A stretch of 64,000 bases of DNA from contig JBLMZI010000003.1 of NCBI GenBank assembly GCA_050258755.1, positions 77,131 through 141,130 on the forward strand, written 5' to 3'. Shown in pieces: positions 11,022-20,135 of this stretch. The position numbers and the translations under genes were made by a program. The notes under the pieces were generated by a model. That model did not search any database, had not been told where the DNA came from, and saw nothing but the letters and a program-made list of their open reading frames with translations. This DNA comes from Solirubrobacterales bacterium (lineage in GTDB: Bacteria > Bacillota > Syntrophomonadia > Syntrophomonadales > DTU052). The stretch's first letter is position 1. Each line of letters begins with the position of its first letter.

Positions 11022-12037
11022 GCCGGATAGACCTCCTGACTGGCCCGAACCAACTGGTGCAGCGTATTCAGCGCGCGGCCGCTGTCAATGGTCTCGGCGG
11101 CGAGCGCGAGACAGGTTGCGTAATTGCCTTTGCCGGCAGCCATCAATGCGGCTGCGGCATTGAGCAGCACCACATTCCGGCGCGGTCCCGGCTCACCCTG
11201 CAGGACACCGACGATAATCCGGGCGCTGTCCTGGCTATCCTTGCCCTGCAGTGCGCTCAGCTCCGCCGGTTCGATCGCGTAATCCGCCGGGTTGAAATGA
11301 TAATCGAAGATGCCTTCCGGCTGAATGTCGAAAATCCGGGTTGTGCCGGTCGGGCTGATCTCATCCATGCCGTTGGCCGCGTGGACCACCAGCGCGTGCT
11401 TCCGGTTTAGCCGGGACATGGCCCGGGCAATGGGTTCCTGGGCCATGGGATCAGATACGCCCATGACCTGATAGGCTAGTTCAAACGGGTTGATCAGCGG
11501 ACCAAGATAATTAAACACGGTTGGGACCCCAAGTCCGCGCCGGATGGGGCCCATTTGTTTCATCACCGGGTGGTAGTGAGGGGCAAACAGGAAGGTGATT
11601 CCGGCGGTTTCCAAACACCGCAGGGCTTCATGCGGTTTCAGGTCTACCCGGACCCCCAGGGTTTCCAACACATCGGCGCTGCCGGTCTGACCGGTCACTG
11701 CCCGGTTGCCGTGCTTGGCGACCGGAATGCCGCAGGCGGCCACCACCAGTGCGGCCGCGGTGGAGATATTGAAGGTCCCCTTGCCGTCCCCGCCGGTTCC
11801 GCAGGTATCCAGGGTTTCCATACCGGTTTCAATAGTGACTGCGTGTTCCATTAACGCCATGGTAAAGCCAAACAATTCAGCTTCGGTTTCCCGCCGGGTA
11901 CGTAGGGCGGTAAGAAAGGCCGCAGCCTTGATTTCGGTAATGTCTTCGGACAACAGTAGATTGGCCGCGGTGTAGGCCTCGTCACTGCTCAGCGGTTCAC
12001 CCGCCACCACCTGTCTTAAATACCGATCGAATGTCAT
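11015..12037 (-). CDS. trpD: Anthranilate phosphoribosyltransferase
   Basis: DTCGTGGDGKGTFNIST, KHGNR, GSAD; ATG at 12037 after GAGGAG. Confidence 0.96.
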   Translation of the reverse strand: MTFDRYLRQVVAGEPLSSDEAYTAANLLLSEDITEIKAAAFLTALRTRRETEAELFGFTMALMEHAVTIETGMETLDTCGTGGDGKGTFNISTAAALVVAACGIPVAKHGNRAVTGQTGSADVLETLGVRVDLKPHEALRCLETAGITFLFAPHYHPVMKQMGPIRRGLGVPTVFNYLGPLINPFELAYQVMGVSDPMAQEPIARAMSRLNRKHALVVHAANGMDEISPTGTTRIFDIQPEGIFDYHFNPADYAIEPAELSALQGKDSQDSARIIVGVLQGEPGPRRNVVLLNAAAALMAAGKGNYATCLALAAETIDSGRALNTLHQLVRASQEVYPAC

Positions 12038-12098
12038 CTTTCTCGTCTCCTCTCGTCTCATCTCGTCAAAGCTGAATCTCGATTTTTCAGGGATACTC
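12038..12098 (-). promoter_or_regulatory. Internal TRAP-binding site overlapping the trpD Shine-Dalgarno
   Basis: Minus strand GAG-at-GAG-ac-GAG-ag-GAG-ac-GAG-aaag-ATG (five GAG at 5-nt pitch, 12064-12042) plus upstream GAG at 12080 and 12098. Confidence 0.75.
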
Positions 12099-12099
12099 C

Positions 12100-12693
12100 T
12101 TAATTCTTCTGCGGACCGCGCCATCGGCGGGCGATCGTCAGGAAGTTGGCCAGCAGCTTCTTTCCCTCCGGGGTCATGATCGATTCCGGGTGGAACTGGA
12201 CTCCTTCCACCGGGTATTCACGGTGACGGACCCCCATGATTTCGCCGTTTTCGCTGCGAGCGCTCACTTCCAGGCAGCCGGGCAGGGTGTCTTCGTCGAT
12301 GACCAGCGAGTGATACCGGGTGGCATCGAACGGCTGGCTCAAACCTGTGTAAATCGACGCGTTATCATGATGAATAGTGGAGATCTTGCCGTGCATCATC
12401 CGGTCATTCACAACGATCTCGGCGCCGAACGCGTAGCCGATGGACTGGTGCCCCAGACAGACCCCCAGAATCGGGTAACGGTTATAATAGGTGCGGACGA
12501 CATCGACCGAGATTCCGGCCTCCGCCGGGGTCGAAGGTCCGGGCGAAATGACGATTGCTTCAGGATCAAGATCAGCCACCGAGGCGACCGTGATCCCGTC
12601 GTGGGTGACCACGTGGACCGACTCGCCAAGCTCTTCCAGATATTGAACCAGGTTGTATGTAAATGAATCGTAGTTATCGATCATGAGTATCAT
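12100..12693 (-). CDS. trpG: Anthranilate synthase component II (glutamine amidotransferase)
   Basis: IDNYDSFTYNL, SPGP, GVCLGHQ, RYHSL, QFHPES. Confidence 0.95.
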   Translation of the reverse strand: MILMIDNYDSFTYNLVQYLEELGESVHVVTHDGITVASVADLDPEAIVISPGPSTPAEAGISVDVVRTYYNRYPILGVCLGHQSIGYAFGAEIVVNDRMMHGKISTIHHDNASIYTGLSQPFDATRYHSLVIDEDTLPGCLEVSARSENGEIMGVRHREYPVEGVQFHPESIMTPEGKKLLANFLTIARRWRGPQKN

Positions 12694-14194
12694 GTTCCCA
12701 TTCCTCCGCTTCCAGGACCGCGAGCATGGTCGCCCGCGCCTTGTTCAGGGTTTCCTTGTATTCGTCCGCAGGATTCGAGTCGGCGACAATGCCGCCGGCC
12801 GCCTGCAGGGAAAAGGTGCCGCTGCGCCAGACCATGCTGCGGATGACGATAGCGGAATCGATGTCGCCGCCGAAACTGACGTGTCCTACCGCGCCGCCGT
12901 ACAACTCGCGCGGGAGCGATTCCAGGGACTCGATGATTTCCATCGCCTTTTTTTTGGGTGCGCCGGTCAAGGTGCCGGCCGGAAAATTGGAGTCAAAAGC
13001 GTCAGCGGCATTGCGGCCGGGCCGCATCCGGCCTTCCACCGTAGAAACCAGGTGCACCACGTGAGAGTAGTTTTCCAGCCGCATCAGGTCGGTTACTTTG
13101 ACCGTGCCGGTTTCGGCCACCCGGCCAACGTCGTTGCGGGCCAGATCGACCAGCATCAGGTGTTCCGCCCGTTCTTTCTCATCGATCAGGAGTTCACGCC
13201 GCCGAGCCTCGTCGCGCACGGCGTGGCCGGAAAGTTTTCGGGTGCCGGCAATCGGGCGCGAAATGATGCGGTCATCCTCAACCGTGATCTGGATTTCCGG
13301 CGAAGCACCGAGCAGGATCATATCCTCGAGCTGGACAAAGAACAGATACGGGGACGGATTCAACTGGCGCAGGGCCAGATAGACCGACCACGGGGAAACC
13401 GTGCTTTTCCGGCTCCAGCGCCGGGAAATCTGCACCTGAAAAATGTCGCCGCGGGTGATATGATCCAGGGCCGTTTCAACCTGACGGTAAAACGTCGGCG
13501 CATCGGTGTGAGCCGTGAATTCAATTTCCGAGACTTCGCGGTCGCGCCGGGGTACCGGACGCGAAACCATACCGTCCTGACAGCCCCGGCCCAAGTCCAG
13601 CAAAGCCATAATGTCGGCTGCAGCCTGGTCGTAGGTGGCCTGATCGGCACGGGTCGATTCGATATACATAAAGATTTTCAGGACTTTTTCGTGACGGTCG
13701 TAAACGGCGACAGTACCTGGAAGAAAGAAGGCCATGTCCGGCAGTTCGCTGCGCTTTTCCGGGCGCCGCGGCACTGCGAGCAGGTCCAGACCGAATTCAT
13801 AGCTCCAGAAACCGATCAGACCACCGGTGAAATGGGGAAGATTCAGGTTTGGCGCGGTGACTCCGGCAATGAAGGCACGAACCGGGTCTGGTTCGCTCGG
13901 ACCGGTTGCGCGGGTCACAAACAGCGGATTCAGGCCAATGATCGAATAGCGTGCGTTCCGGTCTCCAGCCAGGCTTTCCAGCAAGGCCGAAGGTCCCTCG
14001 GGCCGCAGCCGTTCGTAAAAGAGGGTGACGTCGAAATGGTCGATCCGGGCCGCACTGTAAACCACCGCGTAATCATATGCGGCAGCATCGGCCAGGAACG
14101 CCGTAAAAGAAGGCAGAACAACGGGATCGGGGGAAGACAAACAAAAGCCAGCACCCGAAAATGTGCTGGCCTTAGAAAGCTCTAAGCCGCTCAT
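12674..14194 (-). CDS. trpE: Anthranilate synthase component I (start either ATG 14194 or TTG 14140)
   Basis: LLES, NPSPY, PIAGT, KERAEHLMLVDLARND, FPAGTLTGAPK motifs. Confidence 0.93.
   Translation of the reverse strand: MSGLELSKASTFSGAGFCLSSPDPVVLPSFTAFLADAAAYDYAVVYSAARIDHFDVTLFYERLRPEGPSALLESLAGDRNARYSIIGLNPLFVTRATGPSEPDPVRAFIAGVTAPNLNLPHFTGGLIGFWSYEFGLDLLAVPRRPEKRSELPDMAFFLPGTVAVYDRHEKVLKIFMYIESTRADQATYDQAAADIMALLDLGRGCQDGMVSRPVPRRDREVSEIEFTAHTDAPTFYRQVETALDHITRGDIFQVQISRRWSRKSTVSPWSVYLALRQLNPSPYLFFVQLEDMILLGASPEIQITVEDDRIISRPIAGTRKLSGHAVRDEARRRELLIDEKERAEHLMLVDLARNDVGRVAETGTVKVTDLMRLENYSHVVHLVSTVEGRMRPGRNAADAFDSNFPAGTLTGAPKKKAMEIIESLESLPRELYGGAVGHVSFGGDIDSAIVIRSMVWRSGTFSLQAAGGIVADSNPADEYKETLNKARATMLAVLEAEEWEHDTHDR
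14139..14173 (-). terminator. trp attenuator terminator
   Basis: Minus strand aagGCCAGCAC-attttcgg-GTGCTGGC-ttttgttt directly downstream of the (G/U)AG array. Confidence 0.85.
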
Positions 14195-14239
14195 CTCAAG
14201 ACTCACCTCAACTCAACTAAACTAAACTCATCTCAGCTC
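14182..14239 (-). promoter_or_regulatory. TRAP-binding site, 11 (G/U)AG repeats
   Basis: GAG ct GAG at GAG tt TAG tt TAG tt GAG tt GAG gt GAG tctt GAG at GAG cggct TAG; mtrB present in window. Confidence 0.92.
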
Positions 14240-14283
14240 ATGATATGCAATTGAACCGCAGCCTCATGCCGCAGCTTGCTTTT

Positions 14284-14312
14284 ATCTTAAGGGCCGGCTC
14301 GCTGGCTGTCAA
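14284..14312 (-). promoter_or_regulatory. Sigma-A promoter of the trp operon, followed by a 5' stem-loop
   Basis: TTGACA-17 nt-TAAGAT; downstream AGCUGCGGC-augag-GCUGCGGUU hairpin. Confidence 0.85.
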
Positions 14313-14327
14313 CGAAAAATTTCACAC

Positions 14328-14361
14328 AAAAAAGCCGGCATCTCTTGAAGACGCCGGCTTT
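14328..14361 (-). terminator. Intrinsic terminator of the radical SAM gene
   Basis: aaaaaagccggc...gccggcttt. Confidence 0.8.
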
Positions 14362-14372
14362 CAAAGAATTGT

Positions 14373-16142
14373 TTAGAACTCAAATCTAGGAACCGGGCAA
14401 TTGTACTTTTCCAGGGCCGACTGCAGCTTGGCTCCCAGATTCGGCTGATGAGGAAACTTGATTTGTACGCTGCGCGCCTGGGATGCCAGCTGGTTCATTT
14501 TTACGATGAACTTCTTCAAGGCTTCCTCGGAAGCAAAGCTGACCTGCTCGATGTTGATGGTTAAATCCAGCGAGCAGGAAGGCAGGCAGCCGCGGAGTGT
14601 CCTGAACGTTTCCGAAAGGGTGAACCCATTCAGATAACCTTTGAGATTGACCATGAGACCGCCGTTATCTTCGAAGATCTCAAGATCCATCAATCGTTCA
14701 AAAGAGACATAGCGAAAGTGTTTCATCTTGAAAGTTTCAATGCTCTTTGCCAGCCTGAGCCGGGCCGGAAGCATCTGCACCGCCGCTGGCGCCGTAAGAC
14801 CTCTCAGGTATTCGTTGAACCAGAGGTTGTCCTTTTCCCATTTCCGGACACCCCAGTAGCCGATGGCCCGAAAAGTGGCGGAAGCTTTTCCGGTAATCAT
14901 GAAATTTTCTGTAATACGCCGCGCGCTGTAGAATTTTTTCATGGCCCGGATGGTTTCCACCTGCAATTCCAGGGCCGACATCCTGGCAGGCTGGTAGACC
15001 ACATGATGACCGTCGTAAAGGCTCCAATCCTTTGTGAGAAGCCGCCCGGTGCGGTCCAGTTCTTCATAATCGCGGGTTCCGGGCAGCGGGGTCAGGACCA
15101 GAAACTGAATCGAATCGATCCGGTTCCGAATTGCGAAATCCGCGGTTTCTCTAACGGTGGTTACGGTGTCATCATCCGAACCGAGCACAAACATGCCGTG
15201 GACCAGTATTCCGTACTTGTGGAACGCCCGGACGGCGTATTCGATGTCTTCGACCCCCTGGCGCTTATTGAACCGGGCCAGGGTTTCAGGATTAACTGAC
15301 TCCATACCAATAAAAACCATTGAGCAGCCGGACCGCCGCATGAGATCCAGAAGTTCCGGGTCGCGGGCCGCGTCGGTGCGAACCTGAGCATACCAGGAAG
15401 CCGGGCCATCCTGGCGCTGGATCATTTCCCGCAGCAGCGCTTTTGACCGGGCCGGATTGGCAGTAAAGTTGTCATCGATAAAAAAGACGTTTTTCCCTTT
15501 GTAATGACGCAGCTCCTCCAGCACCAGTTCAGTGTCCCGGCAGCGGAATTTGCGGCCGAACATGCTGGTAACGCTGCAGAAACTGCAGTCGAAGGGACAG
15601 CCGCGGGAGGTCATGACCGGATAGGTCGAGGCTTTGTAACCGGAAATCAGGGAAAGGTCCGGCCTGGGATGGGCATCAGGATGAATCCAGTCAGCCGGCG
15701 GATTGTGAACAATACGGCCTTGTTCCCGGTAAGAGATGCCATTCATGTCAGCCGGAGACTGCTGCTTCCGGATGCATTCGAGGAGGGGACCGAACGTGGT
15801 TTCGGCTTCCCCGCGAACGACGTAATCGCAGTGTTCCAGGGCTTCATCCGGCAGGAAGGTGACATGCGGACCGCCCATCACCACGGTTTTGCCCAGACTG
15901 CGGGCGAACCTGGCCAGGTGATACGCCTCCAGGCTGGTTGAGGTTGTCGCCGAGATACCGACGACATCGGCATCCGCCAGATCGGCGACCTTGATTTCGG
16001 AAACTGTGGCAAACAGCACCCGAACTTTGTGGCCCAGACTGCGCAGCATGGTTCCCAGAAGCGGGAGACCAAGCCGCGGCATTTTCACGTTGCTGTACAC
16101 GTGACGGCCTGGCGCTCTTGGCTCAATCAGGGTAACGCGCAT
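14373..16142 (-). CDS. B12-binding radical SAM protein with C-terminal STAS-like domain
   Basis: N-terminal cobalamin-binding region (PRLGL..VMGGPH..GEAE), SRGCPFDCSFC CX3CX2C, FIDDNF; C-terminal LTINIEQVSFASEEAL; AAGGAGG SD. Confidence 0.88.
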   Translation of the reverse strand: MRVTLIEPRAPGRHVYSNVKMPRLGLPLLGTMLRSLGHKVRVLFATVSEIKVADLADADVVGISATTSTSLEAYHLARFARSLGKTVVMGGPHVTFLPDEALEHCDYVVRGEAETTFGPLLECIRKQQSPADMNGISYREQGRIVHNPPADWIHPDAHPRPDLSLISGYKASTYPVMTSRGCPFDCSFCSVTSMFGRKFRCRDTELVLEELRHYKGKNVFFIDDNFTANPARSKALLREMIQRQDGPASWYAQVRTDAARDPELLDLMRRSGCSMVFIGMESVNPETLARFNKRQGVEDIEYAVRAFHKYGILVHGMFVLGSDDDTVTTVRETADFAIRNRIDSIQFLVLTPLPGTRDYEELDRTGRLLTKDWSLYDGHHVVYQPARMSALELQVETIRAMKKFYSARRITENFMITGKASATFRAIGYWGVRKWEKDNLWFNEYLRGLTAPAAVQMLPARLRLAKSIETFKMKHFRYVSFERLMDLEIFEDNGGLMVNLKGYLNGFTLSETFRTLRGCLPSCSLDLTINIEQVSFASEEALKKFIVKMNQLASQARSVQIKFPHQPNLGAKLQSALEKYNCPVPRFEF

Positions 16143-16264
16143 TAACATTGCCTCCTTAGCATTCCGATTTTCTCTCATTTTCTCTCTGTATCGCGGCACC
16201 GCAAGCCGCGTGTTTCTATGCGCGGTTCCACATGATTATAACACGGTTATATAAAAACCGCCCG

Positions 16265-17287
16265 TCAGCGGCGCACTGTTTTCACTGCCTGCGACGGGGG
16301 ATGAACCCGAAGTTGGTTCAGAATCGGGTCTTCTTTCATAGTCTTTATCGTATTTTGGTCATATAGCCCGGTAACAGGAATAAAGCGGCTGTTCTGATAA
16401 TAGGAAACCGCCCAGGCGGTCGTCGAACCATAGTGGCCATCGGCGCTGACCGGAATTCCGAGCGTGGCAAGATTCCACTGCAGGAACACCACGTTCGGTC
16501 CGGCATTGCCCTTTTTCAAGGGTTTGGATGGCGGAAGCGGGGGAAATTGCTCCCGGGAGTCCCAGATCCGGACCGGCGTTCCCACTTTGGTGAGCGGGAA
16601 AAGGTCTTCCACACTCTGGTTGAACATGCGGATGCAGCCGTGCGAAGCATATGACCCGATGGAATAAGGTTTGTTTGTGCCATGAATCCCGAAGATTCCC
16701 CAGGGTACGTTCAGGCCCATCCAGCGTGTGCCGAACCCGGTTCCCCAGTCTTTGGCCCGGTGAACGATCTTCCAGTCGCCGAGCGGTGTCGGCGTTTCCG
16801 GAGTGCCGACCGCGACCCGGTACTGCTTGTGATAGCGATTTCCCACATACACGGTCAGGGTGCGCAGTCCCCGATCGATTACAATCGCGGTCTGGGCCTG
16901 CGGGTCGGTATCTTCCAGACCGCTGCTGTAAAGAGCCTGGTACAGTTTTTGCCAGGTCCGCTGGTCAACCCGGCCGCTCGGCGGGAGACCGCGCAGGGTT
17001 TGAAACATTTTCACCGCGGTCACGGTTCGGGGACCATAATCGCCGTCAGTACTTCCGGGATTCAACCCGAGCAGCAGCAGCTGCTCCTGAAGCATCCTGA
17101 CATCGTTGTTATTCGTAATCGGGTTGGTCAGCTCAAGTACCGGCGCCGGTGTTGGCGCACAGGAACAGTGAGCGGTGATTTCCGGGCTCCCGGCGCTGGG
17201 AGCGGCGTTGGCATAGACACAAGGGCCTAACCCCATGATGAGAAAGGCCAGTATCAGCATAGCGGTCCGGCTTCGATTGAAATGCAT
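16265..17287 (-). CDS. L,D-transpeptidase (YkuD) flanked by peptidoglycan-binding domains
   Basis: Signal peptide, DGDYGPRT..FQ, GIHGTN..ASHGCIRM, DGHYGSTT..YQ. Confidence 0.9.
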   Translation of the reverse strand: MHFNRSRTAMLILAFLIMGLGPCVYANAAPSAGSPEITAHCSCAPTPAPVLELTNPITNNNDVRMLQEQLLLLGLNPGSTDGDYGPRTVTAVKMFQTLRGLPPSGRVDQRTWQKLYQALYSSGLEDTDPQAQTAIVIDRGLRTLTVYVGNRYHKQYRVAVGTPETPTPLGDWKIVHRAKDWGTGFGTRWMGLNVPWGIFGIHGTNKPYSIGSYASHGCIRMFNQSVEDLFPLTKVGTPVRIWDSREQFPPLPPSKPLKKGNAGPNVVFLQWNLATLGIPVSADGHYGSTTAWAVSYYQNSRFIPVTGLYDQNTIKTMKEDPILNQLRVHPPSQAVKTVRR

Positions 17288-17434
17288 GAGACTTTGCTCG
17301 CCTCCGAAAAGAGTTTTATTGCCTTATTTTATCGATCCACCGCCTGTCTCATTCGGAGTTCCAGGTTTCTTCAGGAACGGGAAGAACGGATGTGGCCTTA
17401 CTCCGCCCAAATGCCGGAAACGGAGCGGAAAACG

Positions 17435-17471
17435 AAAAGAGCGCCGGCAGGCCTGCCGGCGCTCTTTTTTT
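17435..17471. terminator. Intrinsic terminator
   Basis: aaaagagcgccggcag/ctgccggcgctctttttt. Confidence 0.8.
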
Positions 17472-17481
17472 GCGACGAAGA

Positions 17482-19410
17482 CTATTTTTTCTTCTTCTTA
17501 ATGACAATCGGCTTCTTCAGCACCTTCTTCGCGCCCGGGGCTTTGGGCGGGGCCAGGGCCGCGGCGAGTTCCGCCCTGGCAAAGGCGTCCATTTCCTTGT
17601 TGATCCCGGTGCTTGTGGATACAATCTGGGACTGCACTTCAGAAAGCAAATAGGCCCGGTTGCTCTGGAGCTGGGATTGAATCAAAGCGTTGATTTCTTT
17701 ATTGACCGATGCGACATCCGGTGAGTCCGGAAGCATTTTAACCGTTTCGGCCTTGGCAAACGCATCGATTTCCGCGTTCAGCCGGTCAAAACTTGCGCCG
17801 ACGTCGCGCAGAACCTCCTCCTGGACTTTGCCAATGACCCGCTTTTGAATCACCGCCTGGATTTCTTCATCAATCAAGGCGTCGATCTGCGGCCGGATTT
17901 CGCTTTCGATTTCCGGGCGCAGAATGGCAATTTGCTGGTTAACCGGGAGTTTTTTGATGTCCGGCGGAAGCAGCGGAGACAGTTTAGCGATGTTGGCGGT
18001 AATCGCAGCATCAGCCAGCTTGTTCATTTTCGGCACGGAGGCCTGGATATGGGGCTTGATCAAAGCCTTCATTTCCGGAAGCATTGCCATGGTATACTTC
18101 TGAACGATCTGATCGATCTGCGGCTGCAAAGCCTGCATCTGGGTAGTCATAATTTCCGCGCTGGCCGTTTCGATTTGCTGCTTGGCATCCGCGATTGCAG
18201 CCTGTTTCGCTTCTTCGATCTGCTGCCTGATCTGGGCCTGGATTTCCGGTGGTGCGCTGGACAGGTCCGGCATCCCGGTACTACCCATGGCGGAAGCCAT
18301 CTGTGCCTGTGACTGGGCAGTTTGAAGCTGGATTCGGATTTGCTCCTCAACGGCCGGCTTGATGGCCGCTTCGACCAGTTTGGTTACTTCATCGTTGATC
18401 GTTTTGCTCCGTGCAGTTGAAAGCGTGGCCATCTGGTTGAGCAGCGGATCAAACTCCGCGACGGCCTGTGCGCTCATCTGGTCGACCGTTTCGGACAAAG
18501 CCTCTTCGAGCTGGTCTTCCAGAGAGGCGCCCAGTTTACTGGTCGAAGCCAGGGCGGTGATTCTGACATTGCGGATTTCGATGGTTTCCGTGATCCCTTT
18601 GTCATAGAGCCGGGCAGAGAAAGAGAGGTGCCGCATTTCGCCCGGCGCCACCGGCTGGCCGAGGGTAAGTTCGACCGGGCTCTGCATGCCGTTCTGGTAA
18701 ATAATTTTTCCATCCTTCACGGTGATAACGTGCTTTTCAAAAGCGGGTTGATTCACGCCCTCAAACACGGCGTTCGCGTAATCGCGGCAGTTGGCGTTGC
18801 CCATAAGCACCAGCCCGCGGGTTCCGCCGTTTTCCCAACGATACCAGCCCTGCACGCCAATGACCGGGGAACCTTTGGATACGTTCACAGCCCCGCCGCG
18901 ATATAGCGGGTTCTCTATCCAGAAGCAGGACGGGCCCACATAACCGTACTGGGTCGCCGCGGTGGCGCGGATCTCGAATTCGATCCGGGTGTTGTCGATG
19001 GGGAAGGCGGCGGTAGTGGAAACCAGATCTTCCACGTAGGTGTGCTGCCCGGTGCAGGTAAAGTAAAGTGAATTGTTCTTGACCGACCATGGGGAATCAG
19101 CCTGGCGCGGAAGGTTGTTTTCCGCCCGGCGGTTGATGAACTCCTGCCACTGAGGCCCGGGTGAGGCGGAATCGGGGCGTGCGAAGGTGTCCTCAAACAA
19201 TACCGTCTCCTGTGCAACGGCATAGACGGGTTCTGTCGACGCGCCGGCCGGTATGACCGCGAGCGGTCCCGCAGTCGATCCCGGCGCCGGGTTCGATATC
19301 GGTGCCGGGACCGGTCCTTCCGCCGCGGCGAACGGTATGGAAAGCGTCAGCAGAAAAAGGCTGCAGACAATGATCGCGATGGTACGGCGCCCTCTGTTGA
19401 AAATGTGCAT
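17482..19410 (-). CDS. Secreted hypothetical protein: beta-sandwich-like N-domain, long Q/A/E-rich helical domain, poly-Lys tail
   Basis: Signal peptide, Pro-rich linker, LFEDTF..W..W beta-rich region, helical C-half, KKVLKKPIVIKKKKK end. Confidence 0.7.
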   Translation of the reverse strand: MHIFNRGRRTIAIIVCSLFLLTLSIPFAAAEGPVPAPISNPAPGSTAGPLAVIPAGASTEPVYAVAQETVLFEDTFARPDSASPGPQWQEFINRRAENNLPRQADSPWSVKNNSLYFTCTGQHTYVEDLVSTTAAFPIDNTRIEFEIRATAATQYGYVGPSCFWIENPLYRGGAVNVSKGSPVIGVQGWYRWENGGTRGLVLMGNANCRDYANAVFEGVNQPAFEKHVITVKDGKIIYQNGMQSPVELTLGQPVAPGEMRHLSFSARLYDKGITETIEIRNVRITALASTSKLGASLEDQLEEALSETVDQMSAQAVAEFDPLLNQMATLSTARSKTINDEVTKLVEAAIKPAVEEQIRIQLQTAQSQAQMASAMGSTGMPDLSSAPPEIQAQIRQQIEEAKQAAIADAKQQIETASAEIMTTQMQALQPQIDQIVQKYTMAMLPEMKALIKPHIQASVPKMNKLADAAITANIAKLSPLLPPDIKKLPVNQQIAILRPEIESEIRPQIDALIDEEIQAVIQKRVIGKVQEEVLRDVGASFDRLNAEIDAFAKAETVKMLPDSPDVASVNKEINALIQSQLQSNRAYLLSEVQSQIVSTSTGINKEMDAFARAELAAALAPPKAPGAKKVLKKPIVIKKKKK

Positions 19411-19656
19411 AATCTTCTCTCCCTCATTAAGTATTGTGATGGCATCAATCCGTGCGTACATATACCGTATAATTCCATTATAACCGGACGTGTCGGACAG
19501 GGAAGAATTGTGCAGAATGATAGCATATGGCGCGGGCCGGCGACCAGTTCTTTACAGGATATCCGATTTTGAAGCTTGCCCCATGAGGGCGATCTTTAGG
19601 ATAATCATATAGGGCGGTGATGTCGTCGCCATTGTGATAAAGGAGGAAGCTTTTTC

Positions 19657-20118
19657 ATGTCTCCCACAGCCAAAGTGCAGGCATATCTGGACGAGATCGG
19701 CGCCGGTCTTCAGGTGATGAACATGACCGAAGATACCAGCACCAGCGAATTGGCAGCCGCAGCCCTGGGCGTCGCGGTCGGACAGATCGCTAAAAGCCTG
19801 CTGTTTAAATCAAAGGATAACTATTTCATGCTGGTCGCCGCCGGGGACCGGAGGGTGGACGGGAAACGCATCAAAGAGCTGGCCGGCGCTCGGGTTCGTA
19901 TGGCCACGCCGGATGAAACTCTGGAAATCACAGGGTATCCGGTGGGGGGGGTCTGCCCATTTGCGCTCAACACCCCGCTGCCGATTTATGTCGATGAAAG
20001 TTTGAAACGATTTGACCGGATCTTTCCGGCGGCCGGAAACGCCAATTCGGCAATTCCGACCAGCTACGAGCGCCTGATAGCGGTGACCCGAGCGGTGGAA
20101 TGCTCGGTTTGCCCATAG
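19657..20118 (+). CDS. YbaK/EbsC aminoacyl-tRNA deacylase family protein
   Basis: QIAKSLLF, TGYPVGGVCPF, AAG motifs. Confidence 0.9.
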   Translation: MSPTAKVQAYLDEIGAGLQVMNMTEDTSTSELAAAALGVAVGQIAKSLLFKSKDNYFMLVAAGDRRVDGKRIKELAGARVRMATPDETLEITGYPVGGVCPFALNTPLPIYVDESLKRFDRIFPAAGNANSAIPTSYERLIAVTRAVECSVCP

Positions 20119-20135
20119 ACGGGAGATTACATAAC

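Noticed and set aside
12038-12124. 29-aa N-terminal extension of trpD in the ORF track
   Set aside because: It overlaps trpG and translates the GAG array; SD and homology favour ATG 12037.
12683-14185. 500-aa plus-strand ORF, and similar long ORFs at 8567-9814, 21276-22370, 30039-31265 and 31237-32949
   Set aside because: Antisense shadows of well-conserved genes (trpE, trpB, dnaE, hbd, bEBP) caused by GC-rich codon bias; no motifs.
14195-14312. Trp-codon leader peptide or T-box in the trp leader
   Set aside because: No Trp-codon leader ORF or T-box consensus; the leader is short and explained by TRAP repeats.
16167-16187. gagagaaaat direct repeat upstream of the radical SAM gene as a TRAP site
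   Set aside because: Too few NAG triplets and the wrong pitch.
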